Below, one piece after another: positions 1-12,222 of a DNA stretch of 64,000 bases (its first letter is position 1; every line of letters starts with the position of its first letter). The stretch is from positions 2,666,001 through 2,730,000 of the forward strand of contig OZ251230.1 in NCBI GenBank assembly GCA_965240325.2. The letters run 5' to 3'. Under the pieces are notes generated by a model. It saw only the letters and a program-made list of their open reading frames with translations, was not told the origin of the DNA and did no database searches. Made by a program: the position numbers and the translations under genes. The DNA comes from Rebecca billardiae RCC1528. Lineage: Eukaryota; Protista; Haptophyta.

Positions 1-83
1 ACGTTTTTTCCGATGCTGCGTCGGCGTGGTGCAGCAACCGTGTCGTCGTCGGTGCGTGCTGCGGCCGAGGTGACACATGACGT

Positions 84-1637
84 TCAGCGGCCACGGCCGA
101 GCGGCACGGCGGCGGCCGCCGGGAGCCGCACCGCGCCCACACCCGCGGCGGCGCGCGCCGCCCCCACCTCCTGCTGCCGCGGAGCCTGGCCGGCTCCGCC
201 GCGCGCCGCGGCCGCGCCCGTTGGCGTTGACGGCTCGCCGCCGCCAGCACCGGCTGACGCGCCACCGTGCGAGCCCGCCGGGGCGACGCCCGGCGCGCGG
301 CGTGCGCGCGGCGCGCGCGCGGGCGCGTCGAGCAGGCCGCAGCTCGGCGCCGCCAGCGCTGCCGAGCGCACGCGCACAGCCGCGCCGCACGCCGCGCAGG
401 CGGCCACGGCCATCGCGGCCGCGCGCGCGCGCGCCGCAAGCGCGCGCGGGCGCGCGCGCCGCGCGCTCAGCGCGAGCGCGGCGCAGACGGCGAGGGCGAG
501 CGCGGCGGCGGCGGCGCGCTCGCGCGCGCCGAGCTCGCGCGCCGCGGCCGCCAGCGCGAGCGCGCGCGCGCGCGCCGCCTCCGCCGAGCGCCCGCCGAGC
601 AGCCGCAGCGCGAAGAGAAAAACGCCTTCGCGCCGCCGCCGGCGCCGCCGCGGCCGCGGCGGCGCCGGCCGCGCCGCCACCGGCTGCGGCGGCGGCGCTT
701 GGCGGGCGGCAAGGAGCGGTGCGTGCTGCGCGGGCGCGGCGGTGGCGGGTGAGGTCGAGGTGGCCGCGTGCGCGCGCGGGCTGCTCGAGGCGGGGCTGTC
801 CGCGCCGTCCGTGCCGGAGGACGAGGCGGAGGACGTCGAGCACGCCTCGGCCTCCACGCCGCCGCTCGCGCCCGCGGCGGCGCGCGCGGCGGCGCTCGCG
901 AGCGCGGCGGCGCGCGCGGCGTCCGCGTCCGCGTCGGCGCCGGCGAGCGCGGCGTGGAGCGTGCGCGGCAGCAGCTCGAGGAGCGGCCTGTGCAGCGCCG
1001 CGGCCAGCCCCGACGGCAGCGCCTCCGCCGCGCCGTGCTCCGCCAGCTCCGCCGCGCTCGGCTCCAGCAGGACATAAGCCCACCAGAGCTGCCAGCCCCA
1101 CAGCCAGCGCGAAAAGAGCACGCGCGCGCACTCGAGCGCGCGGAGCAGCGTGAGGCGGCGCACGGCGCGGGCGTGCGCGGCGGGGAGCAGCGCGCGCAGC
1201 AGCCCGACCTCCGCCGCGCGCGCGCCCGCGAGCACGAGCCACGCGCCGCCCTGCAGCTCGACGCAGCCGAGCGCGACAGTGCACAGGGCCAGCGTGCGCG
1301 TGCTCGCGCAGCGCACGGCGAGGGCGAGGGCGGCGGCGCAGAGGGCGGCGGCGGTGCCGAGGCGCAGCGCGATGAGCGCGCGCGCCAGCGCCGGGCGCAG
1401 CCCCCGCCAGTCCGCCGCGCACCCCGCGCCGGCCAGCAGCGCCACGGCGCCGCAACCGTGCCGCAGGCTGCACGCCGCGAGGCCAACGTGCAGCGCGCGC
1501 GCGGCGGCGGGGTGCAGCGCGCCGCGCTCGTGGAGCGAGACGGCGTAGGCGCACGCGCACGCGGCGCACGCCGCGCCGGCGCCCACCGCCCAGACGAGCC
1601 CGCCCAGCGCGTCGCGGCGCGGCGGTGGCGGCGGCAT
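84..1637 (-). CDS. Putative multi-pass membrane protein of unknown family
   Basis: Open frame 84..1724 with first ATG at 1637 (MPPPPPRRDALGG). Several hydrophobic segments (LVWAVGAGAACAACACAYAVSL; LALCTVALGCVEL; VLFSRWLWGWQLWWAY; GVFLFALRLLGG). No family motif recognised. Confidence 0.45.
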   Translation of the reverse strand: MPPPPPRRDALGGLVWAVGAGAACAACACAYAVSLHERGALHPAAARALHVGLAACSLRHGCGAVALLAGAGCAADWRGLRPALARALIALRLGTAAALCAAALALAVRCASTRTLALCTVALGCVELQGGAWLVLAGARAAEVGLLRALLPAAHARAVRRLTLLRALECARVLFSRWLWGWQLWWAYVLLEPSAAELAEHGAAEALPSGLAAALHRPLLELLPRTLHAALAGADADADAARAAALASAAARAAAGASGGVEAEACSTSSASSSGTDGADSPASSSPRAHAATSTSPATAAPAQHAPLLAARQAPPPQPVAARPAPPRPRRRRRRREGVFLFALRLLGGRSAEAARARALALAAAARELGARERAAAAALALAVCAALALSARRARPRALAARARAAAMAVAACAACGAAVRVRSAALAAPSCGLLDAPARAPRARRAPGVAPAGSHGGASAGAGGGEPSTPTGAAAARGGAGQAPRQQEVGAARAAAGVGAVRLPAAAAVPLGRGR

Positions 1638-1859
1638 GCGCCACGCGCCCAGCAGTGCGCAGAGAGACCAGCCCGGCCCGGCAGCCCGGGCGGCGGCGGC
1701 TGGCGCGGCGCTGCGTCTCGTCAAAGTTGAAAGTGGAAAGTATGGCTGCCGCCTGCGCCGTGCGCACGACTGTGACTACGACAAGGTCGGACGACTCAGC
1801 AGACGATGGTTCCGACACTGTACATCAGCGAGCGGCCACCGCACCCGCCCCCGCCTCAG

Positions 1860-4800
1860 CTAGCGCCGCTTGTCCCGGTCCTTGAGCAGCAGCGTCACGT
1901 ACGCCAGCAGCCGCACGCACCCGCCGATCGCCGCGAGCGAGCGCACGGCGACGCGCACGCCCTCGCACCGCGCGAGCGGCGCGTCTGGGCCGCAGAGCTG
2001 GCCGTACCGGTACCGATCCATCAGCTCCATCGCGGTGAGCAGCGTGAGCCCGCCCTGCGCACCGAGCGGCGAGTACACGCCGAGGAAGAGCCAGTCGACC
2101 ATCCAGCGGCAGAACGAGCCGCGCGAGAGCAGCCCGAACGCGGCGGGCAGGTCTCGCAGCAGCGGAAAGCAACCCGTGAACATAACGGACAGGAGCGCGG
2201 CCACGCCCGCCGTCACCTGTCGGTTGGACGTGACGGTGAGCGAGATCAGGTGCCCCCAGCCCTCGCCCGCCCACTGCGCGCCCAGGCAGGCGCAGTACAT
2301 GCCGCCGAAGCCGAGCCCGCCCGGCCGCACGAGCGCGTGGAACGGCGCCAGCAGCGCGTACGGGTACAGCAGCGTGAGCGGCAGACACGCGAGGTTCTTG
2401 CCGAGCAGGTAGGCGAGAGGCGAGAGCCCGGCGCGCGACTCGCGCCAAAAGTTGGCGCGCTCCGCGCCGAAGATGTCGAGCGACACCTGCATGGACGAGA
2501 TGGCGAGCGCGATCGTGAGCAGCGTGAAGCACTGCTGGTACGCCGTGTTGAGCGTGAGCACGGCGTACCGCGCGCCCAGCGACATCGGGTTGGCCGCGCC
2601 GACCGCCGCCACCTTGTCGGCCACGTCTGGATAGAGCAGCCCCAGCAAGGAGCCCGCGACCAGGCTGAGGAAAAGGTTCTTGAGGATGTTGGGCGTGTCG
2701 CGCGCGTGCTGCGTGAGCGAGCGCGCGGTGAAGAGGCGCAGCTGCTGCAGCGGGCCCGCGATCGTGCGCCCGCCGCGGTGGCGCAGCCGGCGCGCCATCC
2801 GCGTGAGGCGCGGCGGCGCGGGCGGCGCCGCCACGGGCGGCGGTGGCGCTGATGGCGGCGGCGGGCGCGGCGCGGCGCCGCCGCCCGCGCCGTCGGCCGA
2901 CGACGCGGCGGCGCCGCCCGCGCCGGCCCGCTGCGGCTGCTGCTGCGACGGCGGCGGCGGCGGCGTGGCCGAGTGTGCCGCGACCCCGCCGCCAGCCGCG
3001 CCGGGGTAGGGCGGGGGCGTGGCGCCGCCCGCGCTCGCAAACGGTGTGGGCACCGCGCCGCTCAGCGCGGCGGCGCGCTTTGCCGCCTCGCCGCGCACGC
3101 TCGGCGCCTCGGCCTCACGCGCCTCCGCCGCGCCGCCGCCGGCGTTGCAGCCGCCGGCCCCGCCCCCCGGCGCGCCGCCCACCGCGCCGCCGCGCCCGCC
3201 CTCGCCCTCGGCCAGCTCGCTCGCCTCGCGCGCCGCGCGCGCGTGCTGCGCCATCAAGGCCTCGTCAAAATGCACGTGGCTCACAATGTCCATCACCGTG
3301 TCTGCCGCGTTCTCGTTGGGCGGGAAGCGGAAGCCGAGGGCCTCGAAGTGGGGCTGCACGCGCGAGGCGGGGCCCATGTACGCGGTGGAGCCGGTGGGCG
3401 CGAGCAGCAGCAGGTCGTCCAGCAGCTGCGTGCGCGAGCGGGCGCGCACACCAAGAGAGGGGGGCGGGCGGGCGCGGCGCGGCGGCGGCGGCGGGCGGCG
3501 GCGGTCGGCTCGTGAGCGCGGCGGGCGCGCGCGCGCGCGCGCGGGGGGGCACCCTGACCGTGGGAGCGGCGCGCCCAGCGCACGGCGCGCGCACCTCGAA
3601 GACCTGCGCGCGCGGCTGGTGCAGCACCGCGACCACCGTCACGCCCAGCGCCGCGTATCGCTTCAGACTCTGCACCACCTCCAGCGCAGCCGTCGAGTCA
3701 AGGCCTGAGGTCGGCTCGTCGAGAAAGAGGAGGACCGGGTCCGCGACGAGCTCGAGGCCGATGTTGACGCGCTTGCGCTGGCCGCCCGAGATGCCGCGCT
3801 GGCCCTCCGACTCGCTGCCCACCAGCGCGTGCTTCACGTCGTCCAGCCTGCGCGCGGAGGCGGTGAGGGGTGTGAGGGGTTAGGGTTAGGGGTTAGGGTT
3901 AGGGGTTAGGGTTAGGGTTAGGGGGACGGTTGGACGCGCGCGCGCCGCGCCCTTGGCGTGCGCCCCGGCGTGCGCACGCGCGGCCCACGCACCGCCCGCC
4001 CCCACCCGCACCCGGCGCGCTTCGCCACGCCGCCGCCCGCGCCGTGCCGCAGCCCACGCCGCCGCCCGCGCCCGCGGCTACTCACTTGAGTACGTCGGTT
4101 ACGACATCCACGTACTCCGCGACCTCTGCGGAGCTCAGGTCGCGCGGCAGCCGCATGCGCGCGGAGAAGCGGAGGAGCTCCTGCACGGAGAGGACGGAGA
4201 GCATCACGTCCTCCTGCGGGACGAAGCCGGTCAGCTTGTGCAGCGAGCGCACGTCCGCGTGCACCGCGCCGCACCCGTTCACCCACAGCCGCCCGCGCCC
4301 GCCGCTCGGCCGGAGCTTGCCGGAGAGTAGACCGAGCAGCGTCGACTTGCCGCAGCCGGAGGGCCCCATGATGGCGGTGAGCCGGCCGGGGCGGAGCACG
4401 CCGTGCGCGCCCGAGAGCACCGTCGTGCCGTCCCCCAGCGAGAACTCGAGCCCCTCGAACGCCAGCTCGATCAGCAGCGTCGGATCGTGCACCGCCGCCA
4501 TCGCGCAGTCAAAGCTCGCCTCGAGCGCGCTCGAGAGCGCGGGCGCGACGGGCACGCCCGAGGCGGCGGCGGCGGCGCGCGCGCCGAGGCGGGCGAGGAG
4601 CTTGCGGCGGTACCGCCGCTCGCGCAGCCACGCGCGCACGCGCCGGTGGCACGCGCCAAGCAGCACCCAGCCCGCCGCGAGGCCGAGCGCGCCGTACGCG
4701 CAGTCGCACAGCCTCTCCCACGATTTGATCGACGCGTCAACCGACGGGAGCTGCGGCTTGGGCAGACATGCGGCGGCGGCGAGCGCGCGCGTGCGCGCGG

Positions 4801-5254
4801 TGTCGGGGGTCTCGGTCGCGTGGTAGCACGCCACTGACGCGCCGCCCGCCGCCGCCGCCGCCAGCCCAACCAGCAGGCACGCGCTCGTGACGAGCCACCA
4901 CACGCACCCGCCCGACTTGGGGCGGCGGTGCCACTGGAGCGTGTCCCAGAGCTCGGCGGCGTTCTCGCGCACGGTGCTCAGGCTGTCGTGCAGCGGCTGC
5001 GCCGCCGGCGCGCGCCCGCCCGCGCCCGCCGCCGGCTCCGGCTCGGCGCCGTCGGACGCGACGCCGGCCGCCTCCTCCGGCCGGCGCGCGAGCAGCGGCT
5101 CGCGCAGCGGCGGCGGCGGCGGGCCGGCGGCGGCGGGCGGGGAGCGCGCACGGCGGGGCGCCTCGAGGTCCGCCTCGCCGCGCGCCGCGCCGCCGCGCGA
5201 CGCGGGCGGCGAGTCGTCGTCGCCCTGCACCGCGCGCGCCCACGCGGGGAGCAT
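1860..5254 (-). CDS. ABCG-family half transporter; predicted exons 5254-4086, 3847-3595, 3425-1860
   Basis: Walker A GPSGCGKST, Q-loop GFVPQEDVM, signature ISGGQRKRVNIG, Walker B LFLDEPTSGLD, H-loop LHQPR, then a C-terminal ABC2-type membrane domain. Removing GT-AG introns 4085-3848 and 3594-3426 joins three ORF pieces in frame. N-terminal hydrophobic segments precede the nucleotide-binding domain. Confidence 0.92.
3876..3923. repeat. Interstitial telomere-type repeat (TTAGGG/TTAGGGG, about 7 units) in ABCG intron 1
   Basis: ggggttagggttaggggttagggttaggggttagggttagggttaggg read directly; reads CCCTAA on the gene's sense strand. Confidence 0.95.
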
Positions 5255-5479
5255 CGGGCTGATGCGCGCGGCCGCCGGATGCAGCTTGAACCTTTGCAAA
5301 GCTGCGCTGCTGCTGGAGCGCACGCTGTGCCGAAGCCGCGTGCACGCGGCAGCCGGCAGGGCGCGAAGCGCTTTTGGCTTTTGCCTTTTCGAAAATGGAA
5401 ATGGCGGCGCAGGCTGCGCAGATCTCCGCGGCCCTCCGCGGCGAGTCGGCGACACCACAAGGGTGCCTTGGAGCGCGCC
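5255..5479. promoter_or_regulatory. Probable bidirectional promoter between ABCG and GT47 genes
   Basis: Divergent start codons 225 bp apart with an AT-richer patch (cttttggcttttgccttttcgaaaatggaaa, 5371-5401). Positional inference only. Confidence 0.45.
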
Positions 5480-6049
5480 ATGGCGCCGATGGCGGCCGCC
5501 GCCGAGGACGGCGGCCCGCAGCGGGTCGGGCGCGTCGCCGGCGCCGTGATCGCGGCGTGCGCGTGCGCGCTCGTGATCGGCAGCATGTGGCCGCCGCTCG
5601 AGCGCGAGCGCCCCCTCGGCGTGCCGCCGACCGCGCCGGCCGCGTCCGCGGCGCGCGGCGCGTCTCCGCGCGCCGCGAGCGCCGAGCGGCCGCGCGCGGC
5701 CGCGCCGCTCGGCGGGCGCGCGGCCCCGGCGGGCTCGGGTATCATCCGCATCGCACGGCGCCGCCCACCTCGGCCCGCCAACGCCACGTCCGCCTTCGCC
5801 GCCGCGCCGCGCCGCGCCGACAGCGGCGCCGCGGGCCGGGCGGCGAGCCTGGCCAACGCCACCAACGCGGCCCGCGCGGCGTGGGCGCGGCAGCAGCGCG
5901 CGCGCGGCGGCGAGCGCGGTGCGCCGCGCGTGTCGACCGCCCCGCTTGCCGTGCCCTCGCCGCGCCCGCGCGCGCCAGCCGAGCGCGCCGCGCCCGCCCG
6001 GGGCGGCGGCGCGGCGCGCGGCGGCGGCGCGGCCGGCGGCGGCGGCGGA

Positions 6050-6099
<50 letters not shown>

Positions 6100-8173
6100 G
6101 GCCGCGGCCGCCCCCGGTGGCGGCGCCGTCGAGCCGCTCGCCGAGTGGCGGCGCTACCGGCAGGAGCTGGCGCTGGCGGCGGCGTCGCGCGCCTCGCCCG
6201 CCGCGCGCGACACCTACCTGCGCGCGCGCCGCTCGCGCTGCGCGTCCGCGGACGGGACGTTTCCGCGAATCTTCGCGTACCCGCTGGCCGAGCTGCCGGC
6301 GTCGCTCGTGCAGCCGCCGATGGGGTGGCGCGACACGCACAAGCTGCAGCGCGCGCTGGCGCTCTCGGCGCACGGCACGCGCGACGGCTGGTGTGCGGAT
6401 TGGTTCCTCCTCCCGGTCAAGAGCAAGATGCGGCAGCGGGAATTCGTCGCGCTGGTCACCGAGCACGTCGCCGCGCGCTGGCCGTTCTGGAACCTGTCCG
6501 TGGCGGAGGGGTTCGCGCGGCACCTGCTGTTCCTGCCGGCGGACCACGGGCCCGGGGACGCCGTGTTCTCGCGGCCGAGCGGGGCGGTGCGCAGGCAGCT
6601 GCCTCTGCAGCTTTGGCCGGAGAACCCCGCGCGGCCGTTACTTTTTGTAACGATCACGGGGGACGCGCAGAACGCGTGCGTGGGCTGCGTGCAGCCGCAG
6701 GACATCCGGCTGCCGACGGTGCACCCGCACGTGTGCGGCCCGCTGTGCGGGTACGGCGTGCGCGAGCTGACGACGCACTCGCCGTGGGCGCGCGCGCGAG
6801 CCGGCGGCGGCGCGCTCAACGGCACGCGGCCGTTCCGGCTCTTCTGGGCGGGGCAGGCGCTGCACGCCGCGCGCACCAAGCTCTTCAGCGCGCAGTACGC
6901 GGTGCCGCGCAACCGGCTGATTGACACGGCGTGCGGCGCCAAGCTGGGCAGGGCCGTGCGCGAGCGGATGCTGCGCGCGGGCGTGGAGCGCGTGAGCTAC
7001 GCGGAGGCCATGTGCGCGCTGGCGCGGGGCGCGCGCGCGGCGCCGACCGCAGCGCCCGCGCCCTCCCCGCGCGCGCTGCCTGCGTGCCCGCCCCAGGCTG
7101 GACAACGGCCGCGCGCCCTCCCTAACCTAACCCTAACCCTAACCCTAACCCGCGCCCTCCGCCGCCACGCACGCTTGCCGCACGGCGCGCGCGCGCCCAG
7201 GACTACCGCGGACTTTTGCTACGTCCCGCCGGGGCAGCATGGCGGCGATTCAGATCGGTATCTCCCGGCGGTGCTGTTCGGCTGCATCCCCGTGTGGACG
7301 TCCACTGCAGAGCTGCGCCCGCTGGAGGACCTCGCGGGCGCGCCCCGCCCGGCCGGGGCGGCGGCCGGCTCTGCAGCCGGGCCGTACCGGACCGACCCCT
7401 CGGCGCCCGGGCAGGCCGGCTCGGCGCAGATGCCGGCGGCCGCGCGCCGCGCGCGCGCACGCCGCTTGCTGCGCGCGCGCGTCGACGCGGACGCGCGGCG
7501 GGCGGCCCGGGCTGCTGGCGGCGGCAAGGGCGGCGGCGGCGGCACGGGCGGCGGCGGGGCGGCCGGCACGGCCGCCGCCACCGCTGGCGGCAAGGGCGGC
7601 GGCGGCAAGGGCGGCGGCGTGGGCGGCAGCAAAGACATCTGCTCAGGCGGCGGCGCGCGCCGGCGGCCCCCTCTGCCGGCGCGCGCCAAGTCCGGCCCTG
7701 GGCACGGCGCGGACTTCGTGCCGCCCTCGCTGCACGGCGCGGTGCTCGCGCGCGCGGCGGACGAGGCCCGCGCCGCGGGCTGGTCGTGGGACCTCTGCTC
7801 CGTGGCGGTCGACCTGCACGAGCTGCCAGTGCTGCATCAGTTACTTGACAGTTACTCGCAGGCGGAGGTGCGCGCGATGCGCGCGCGGCTGGCGGGCGTG
7901 TGGGAGCGGCTGCTGTACAGCTCGCTGTACCCGGACACGCCGCCGTACGCCGAGATGGGCGCGCGGCCGCGGCTCGACGCTCTGCACTCGCTCGCGCTCC
8001 TGCTGCGCCGCCGCGCGCTCGCGGGCGCGCACCCGACGGGCGCCGGCGCGATCGCGGACGCGCGCAGCGGCGTCGCGCGGCGCCGCGCGCAGAGCGGGTG
8101 GCCCACGACGCCGAAGGCGCGCCCGAAGAAGCGCTGGCCGCCGCCTGCGAGCTTGCTGCGCGCCGCGGGCTGA
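5480..8173 (+). CDS. Exostosin-like (GT47) glycosyltransferase; predicted exons 5480-7011, 7201-8173
   Basis: N-terminal signal anchor (VAGAVIAACACALVIGSMW), low-complexity stem, then RIFAYPL, ADWFLLPV, PFWN...RHLLFLPADHG, DIRLP, LFWAG and M|TTADFCYVPPG..GGDSDRYLPAVLFGCIPV. Intron 7012-7200 (GTGCGC..CAG) restores the GT47 core. Confidence 0.85.
7120..7151. repeat. Interstitial telomere-type repeat (CCCTAA, about 5 units) in the GT47 intron
   Basis: ccctaacctaaccctaaccctaaccctaaccc; gives the spurious LTLTLTLT peptide in the ORF track. Confidence 0.95.
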
Positions 8174-8457
8174 CGGCCGGCCGGATGGCGCCGCGCCGCG
8201 GGGCTCGGCGGCAGCCGGTGACGCTCGCGAGCGGCGGCGTGGCGTCACCACCGCCACCACCACAGGGGGATCTGATGCGAGTTGCTGACAACGATGATGA
8301 GAAAGTTCGCCATCGCGGTCGGAAGCGAAAAGTTTTGCTGGCAGGACGACCAAGACAGTTCGAATGAGTGGGACGGCCAAACCGCCGCTGGACCCGAGCG
8401 GCGTCCCGGCGCCTCACCGGGTGAATGCAGTGGGCCGCTGGCGCAGAGGGCGCTGCG

Positions 8458-11223
8458 ATGCTGATGGACGACGACGAGGCGCGCGCCGGGGCCGAGCCGC
8501 CGATCGAGGCGGTGGCCGAGGCGGGCGCGCACGCCGAGCCGTCGGCCGCGCCGCGCAAGGGCCCGAGCAGCCCGCCGCCCGCCGAGATGTCCGCCCTGTT
8601 TGGCGACGGCGGCGGCGGCGGCCGGCCCAACCTCGTGCGAGACATCTGCCTCGTGATCTCGCCGCTCGACGTGAGCCGCGCGTCGGGCGAGGAGCGCGCC
8701 GAGCTGCAGCGCCGGCTGAAGGAGCGCAACCGCGCCTTCCGCAAGCTCCGCCGCCGCGGGCTCGACCTGCGCGTCCGCCGCGGCCGGCCGGGCGGCGCGT
8801 TCGCCGAGCGCTCGTTTGTACTCATCGGCGCGCCCGAGCCGGCGCTCGAGGCGATGGCGTCCAAGATCGGGCTGGAGAAGAAGCTGCTGCCCGAGTACGC
8901 GGACACGCGCGTGCCCATCGCCGGGTACACCGGGTACGAGGAGTACTCCACGCCGCTGCGCCACATCTTCCTGCCCGGGCCTGACACATTCTTCACGTCG
9001 CAGGAGCGGCAGCGCGTGATCTTCCAGCTGATCGAGGCGCCGGGCCGGCTGGCGGTGGACCTGGACGGGCTGGTGGTGGACGGCGTGATCGACGACTACT
9101 TCGCGCTCCCCTCCCTCCGCCGGCAGAAGGAGCTCCTCGCCACGTGGGCCAATGGGCCGCTGCTGGGCGCGCCGCCGCTCGACGACATCCGAGACTACTT
9201 TGGCGAGAAGGTCGCGTTCTACTTCGCCTGGCTCAAGGTGCGCGCGGCGGGAGGGTCGGGGTGGGCTGGGGGGGTAGGGCGCCGGGGCGAGGGCGGGTGC
9301 AGGGCCGCGCCGCCGGCGTGCGCAGCGGACGCGGCGGGCAGGCGGCGCGCTCAGCGCGGGCCGCCGCGCGCCGCCGCGCGCTGTGTCGCCGCGCGCAATG
9401 CCGCACAGACGTACACGCAGTGGCTCGGCGGGCTCTCGCTGCTCAGCCTGGTATTCGCCGGCGTGCAGGCGTACTACGGCCTCGTGCGCTCGACGCTCGA
9501 CACGCCGATCGTGCCCGCGTACGCCGTGTGCCTCGCGCTGTGGTGCGTGCTCTTCACGGAGGCGTGGAAGCGCGAGCAGGCGGTTCTGGCGTTCGTCTGG
9601 AACGTCTCGGACTTCGAGGAGGAGGAGCCGCCGCGCCCCGAGTTCATGCGCGCGGCGGGGATCGTCACGCGCACCGGCGTCTTCAACGCGCGCGGCTTCG
9701 TCGAGATCGAGCCGGAGGAGCTGCGCGCGGACCCGGCGCGGCCGCGCGCGCCGCGCGGCGGCGCCGACGGCGGCGGCGGCGGCGGCGGCGGCGGTTACGA
9801 CGACCGTTACGTCCCCGAGCTGCGCCACCTCGTGTTCCCCGCGGAGGAGTACCGGCGGCGCATCGCGCTGGGCGTGCTCTCGACGGTGCTGATGGCCGTG
9901 GCGGCGGTGGTGGGCACGCTCTTCATCATGACGCTCAAGCTCGTGCTCGGCGAGCGCTGGCACGCGGAGGGGGGGCCCGTGGTCGCGGCGGTGCTCAACT
10001 CGGCCTTCATCACGGTGATGAACTACGCGTGGGCGTGGGTGTCGGTGCGGCTGAACACGTGGGAGACGCACCGCACGGACACGGCGTACGAAGACGCGCT
10101 CATCTGGAAGACCTTCGCCTTCCAGTTCGTCAACTCGTACATCTCACTTTTCTACATCGCGTACGTGCAGGGGACCGGATTCCCTCTCTTTGGGTTCTCT
10201 CGAGAAGACGGGAGCCTGTTCAGAGACTACTGCCCGCGCTCGGGGCGGGAGGGCGGCGGCGGCTCGGACCCGTCGGAGGCGGCGGAGGGCGACTGCATGT
10301 CCTTCCTCTTCATCCAGCTCGCCGTGCAGCTCACCTCCAAGCAGCTCACCCGCTTCATCTTCTCCCTCGCGCCGGGGCTGTGGGCCTGGTACCGGAGTGC
10401 GCGACTCTCCGCACCCGGCGTGGACGCGTCCGCGCGGCGCGACGAGTCGCAGCTGCTGCTGCTCGAGGGGCAGGCGACGCTCGCGCCGTACCCGGGCACC
10501 TTCTACGAGTTCTCCGAGATGGCCATCCAGTTTGGCTACTGCACGATGGTGCGCGCGCGCACCCTCGGCGCGCACGCGCGCGGGGGCGCAGGGGGGGGCC
10601 GCGCGCGCGTGCCGACCCCGCCCCGGCCCCGCCCCCGCGCGCCCGCCCCGCCCCGCCCCCGGCCGCGCCAGTTCGCCGCGGCGTTCCCCTTCGGCGCGGT
10701 GATCTGCTTCCTCACCAACCTCGCCGAGCGCAAGAGCGACGCGACCAAGCTGCTCAAGCTCAGCCGCCGCCCGCGCTACCGCGGCGCGGAGGACATCGGC
10801 ACGTGGGAGCGCGTGTTTGTTTTGCTCAGCCAGGTGGCGGTTCTAACCAACGCGCTGATTATCCTGTTCACCTCGCGGCTGACGCGCACGGCGCTGCAGG
10901 GCGCGTTCGAGACGCGGGCGAACGCCATCGTCTTCATCGTCTTCATCGAGCACCTCGTCTTCGCCGCGCAGGCGCTGCTCGCGCACCTCGTGCCCGACGT
11001 GCCGTTCTGGGTGGACGCCGCAAAGACGCGCAAAGACGTGAAGCGCAAGGAGCGGCTGCGCGTGCTCTCGAGCGAGGAGGCGGAGTGGCGCGCGGCCGCG
11101 GCGGCGGAGGAGGAGGAGGACGACGAGGCGGAGGGGCTCCTCGGCCGCGACGACGGCTCGGACGACGACGACGAGGGCCGGCGGCACGCCATCGGTCCGA
11201 GCGGCTCGCAGTCGGCCGTGTGA
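8458..11223 (+). CDS. Anoctamin/TMEM16 channel or scramblase; predicted exons 8458-9237, 9409-10548, 10672-11223 (alternative ATG at 8425)
   Basis: Motifs PLDDIRDYFGEKVAFYFAWL, WETHRTDTAYEDALIWKTFAFQFVNSY, YEFSEMAIQFGY, FAAAFP, DATKL, AEDIGTW, EHL and PDVPFWV. Two GT-AG introns (9238-9408, 10549-10671) remove non-homologous inserts. Confidence 0.93.
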   Translation: MLMDDDEARAGAEPPIEAVAEAGAHAEPSAAPRKGPSSPPPAEMSALFGDGGGGGRPNLVRDICLVISPLDVSRASGEERAELQRRLKERNRAFRKLRRRGLDLRVRRGRPGGAFAERSFVLIGAPEPALEAMASKIGLEKKLLPEYADTRVPIAGYTGYEEYSTPLRHIFLPGPDTFFTSQERQRVIFQLIEAPGRLAVDLDGLVVDGVIDDYFALPSLRRQKELLATWANGPLLGAPPLDDIRDYFGEKVAFYFAWLKVRAAGGSGWAGGVGRRGEGGCRAAPPACAADAAGRRRAQRGPPRAAARCVAARNAAQTYTQWLGGLSLLSLVFAGVQAYYGLVRSTLDTPIVPAYAVCLALWCVLFTEAWKREQAVLAFVWNVSDFEEEEPPRPEFMRAAGIVTRTGVFNARGFVEIEPEELRADPARPRAPRGGADGGGGGGGGGYDDRYVPELRHLVFPAEEYRRRIALGVLSTVLMAVAAVVGTLFIMTLKLVLGERWHAEGGPVVAAVLNSAFITVMNYAWAWVSVRLNTWETHRTDTAYEDALIWKTFAFQFVNSYISLFYIAYVQGTGFPLFGFSREDGSLFRDYCPRSGREGGGGSDPSEAAEGDCMSFLFIQLAVQLTSKQLTRFIFSLAPGLWAWYRSARLSAPGVDASARRDESQLLLLEGQATLAPYPGTFYEFSEMAIQFGYCTMVRARTLGAHARGGAGGGRARVPTPPRPRPRAPAPPRPRPRQFAAAFPFGAVICFLTNLAERKSDATKLLKLSRRPRYRGAEDIGTWERVFVLLSQVAVLTNALIILFTSRLTRTALQGAFETRANAIVFIVFIEHLVFAAQALLAHLVPDVPFWVDAAKTRKDVKRKERLRVLSSEEAEWRAAAAAEEEEDDEAEGLLGRDDGSDDDDEGRRHAIGPSGSQSAV

Positions 11224-12222
11224 TGAGTCAGACGCGGGGCGCGGCGCGCGCGGGCGTGCTGGCCGGGACGCGAGCGCTGGCAGTCGGCCGCGCAGACGGA
11301 GCGGGTATGTAGCGCAGCAGCCCTGCGGGCTGCGCTGGCTGACGACACGATTGAGGCTGGTGCCAGTGGATTAGCACGTCTGCGCACCCCGGCAGAGTGT
11401 CAGTGGGGCACGCCGCCATCCCGGGGTCAGCGTTGGACCGAAGTCCGAACGAAGACTTTTGGGGCGATGGCCGACGCGACGGGAGTGGTGGGTTTGGCAG
11501 TCCGCGGCGGTTATCGCGTTATGACTGCCGCGTCGCTGCTCCGCCGCCGCCCGTGCCCCTCCCCGCTAGGTGGGCGTATACCTGGCCGGACGCGGGCTCG
11601 GCGCTCGCAGCGGCATCGCCGGAGTGACCGCACGGTGACGAGATGTGAGTCGGAAGCAGCTCGCCTTTGCGGCGCGGGTACCAAGCGGAAAGTGAGCGTA
11701 CCTGCAGGCGGGCCGACCCTCGGCGTGACAGGCGCACCTTCGGGGCCGGTCAGGGCAGCCCACGTCGTGCAGCCGACCGCTTCCGCCGCGACTGCCCCCC
11801 GGCGCACCCTGCCCCGGCCGACGCCTGAGCACAGCGGCCCCGCCCGGGCCCGGGGCCCCCGGGCGGCAGGCCGCGGCGGCGCCGGCACACTCACGGACAG
11901 CCAGCGGCGCTCCTCCGCCTCCTTCGCTCCCCGTTCCTCGTTGTCCCCCCCTGGCGTGGTGCGCGTGCATCACGCTCGAACTCTCACGATGCTGCTTCGG
12001 CGTCCTTCTGCGGCGGCATCCGACGGTCGTGCGCACTGCGAGGCGGAGCGCGAGGTGCTGGGCACTGCCGTCCGTCGTGCTCCCTCCTCCCCATGGCCCA
12101 CTGCTTTACTCGAGGGGAACGCTCAGCGCCTTCTGCTTCTCTCATCCGCTCGTGCGCGACCACGCTTGTGCTGGGTGTCCTTCTGAGGCGTCCGGTGGCC
12201 GGGCGCACATCGGGGGCGCACA

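Noticed and set aside
3876-3923. True chromosome end or fusion point
   Set aside because: The tract is under 50 bp and lies inside an intron of an intact gene.
5480-8173. GT47 enzyme as a clustered partner glycosylating the SPPP stalk
   Set aside because: The genes are 40 kb apart with unrelated genes between; GT47 families are large and nothing in the sequence links them.
7012-10671. Three consecutive stop-free introns of length 3n (189, 171, 123 nt) suggesting regulated retention
   Set aside because: The other six introns are not 3n, so 3 of 9 matches chance, and stop-free introns are expected at this GC content.
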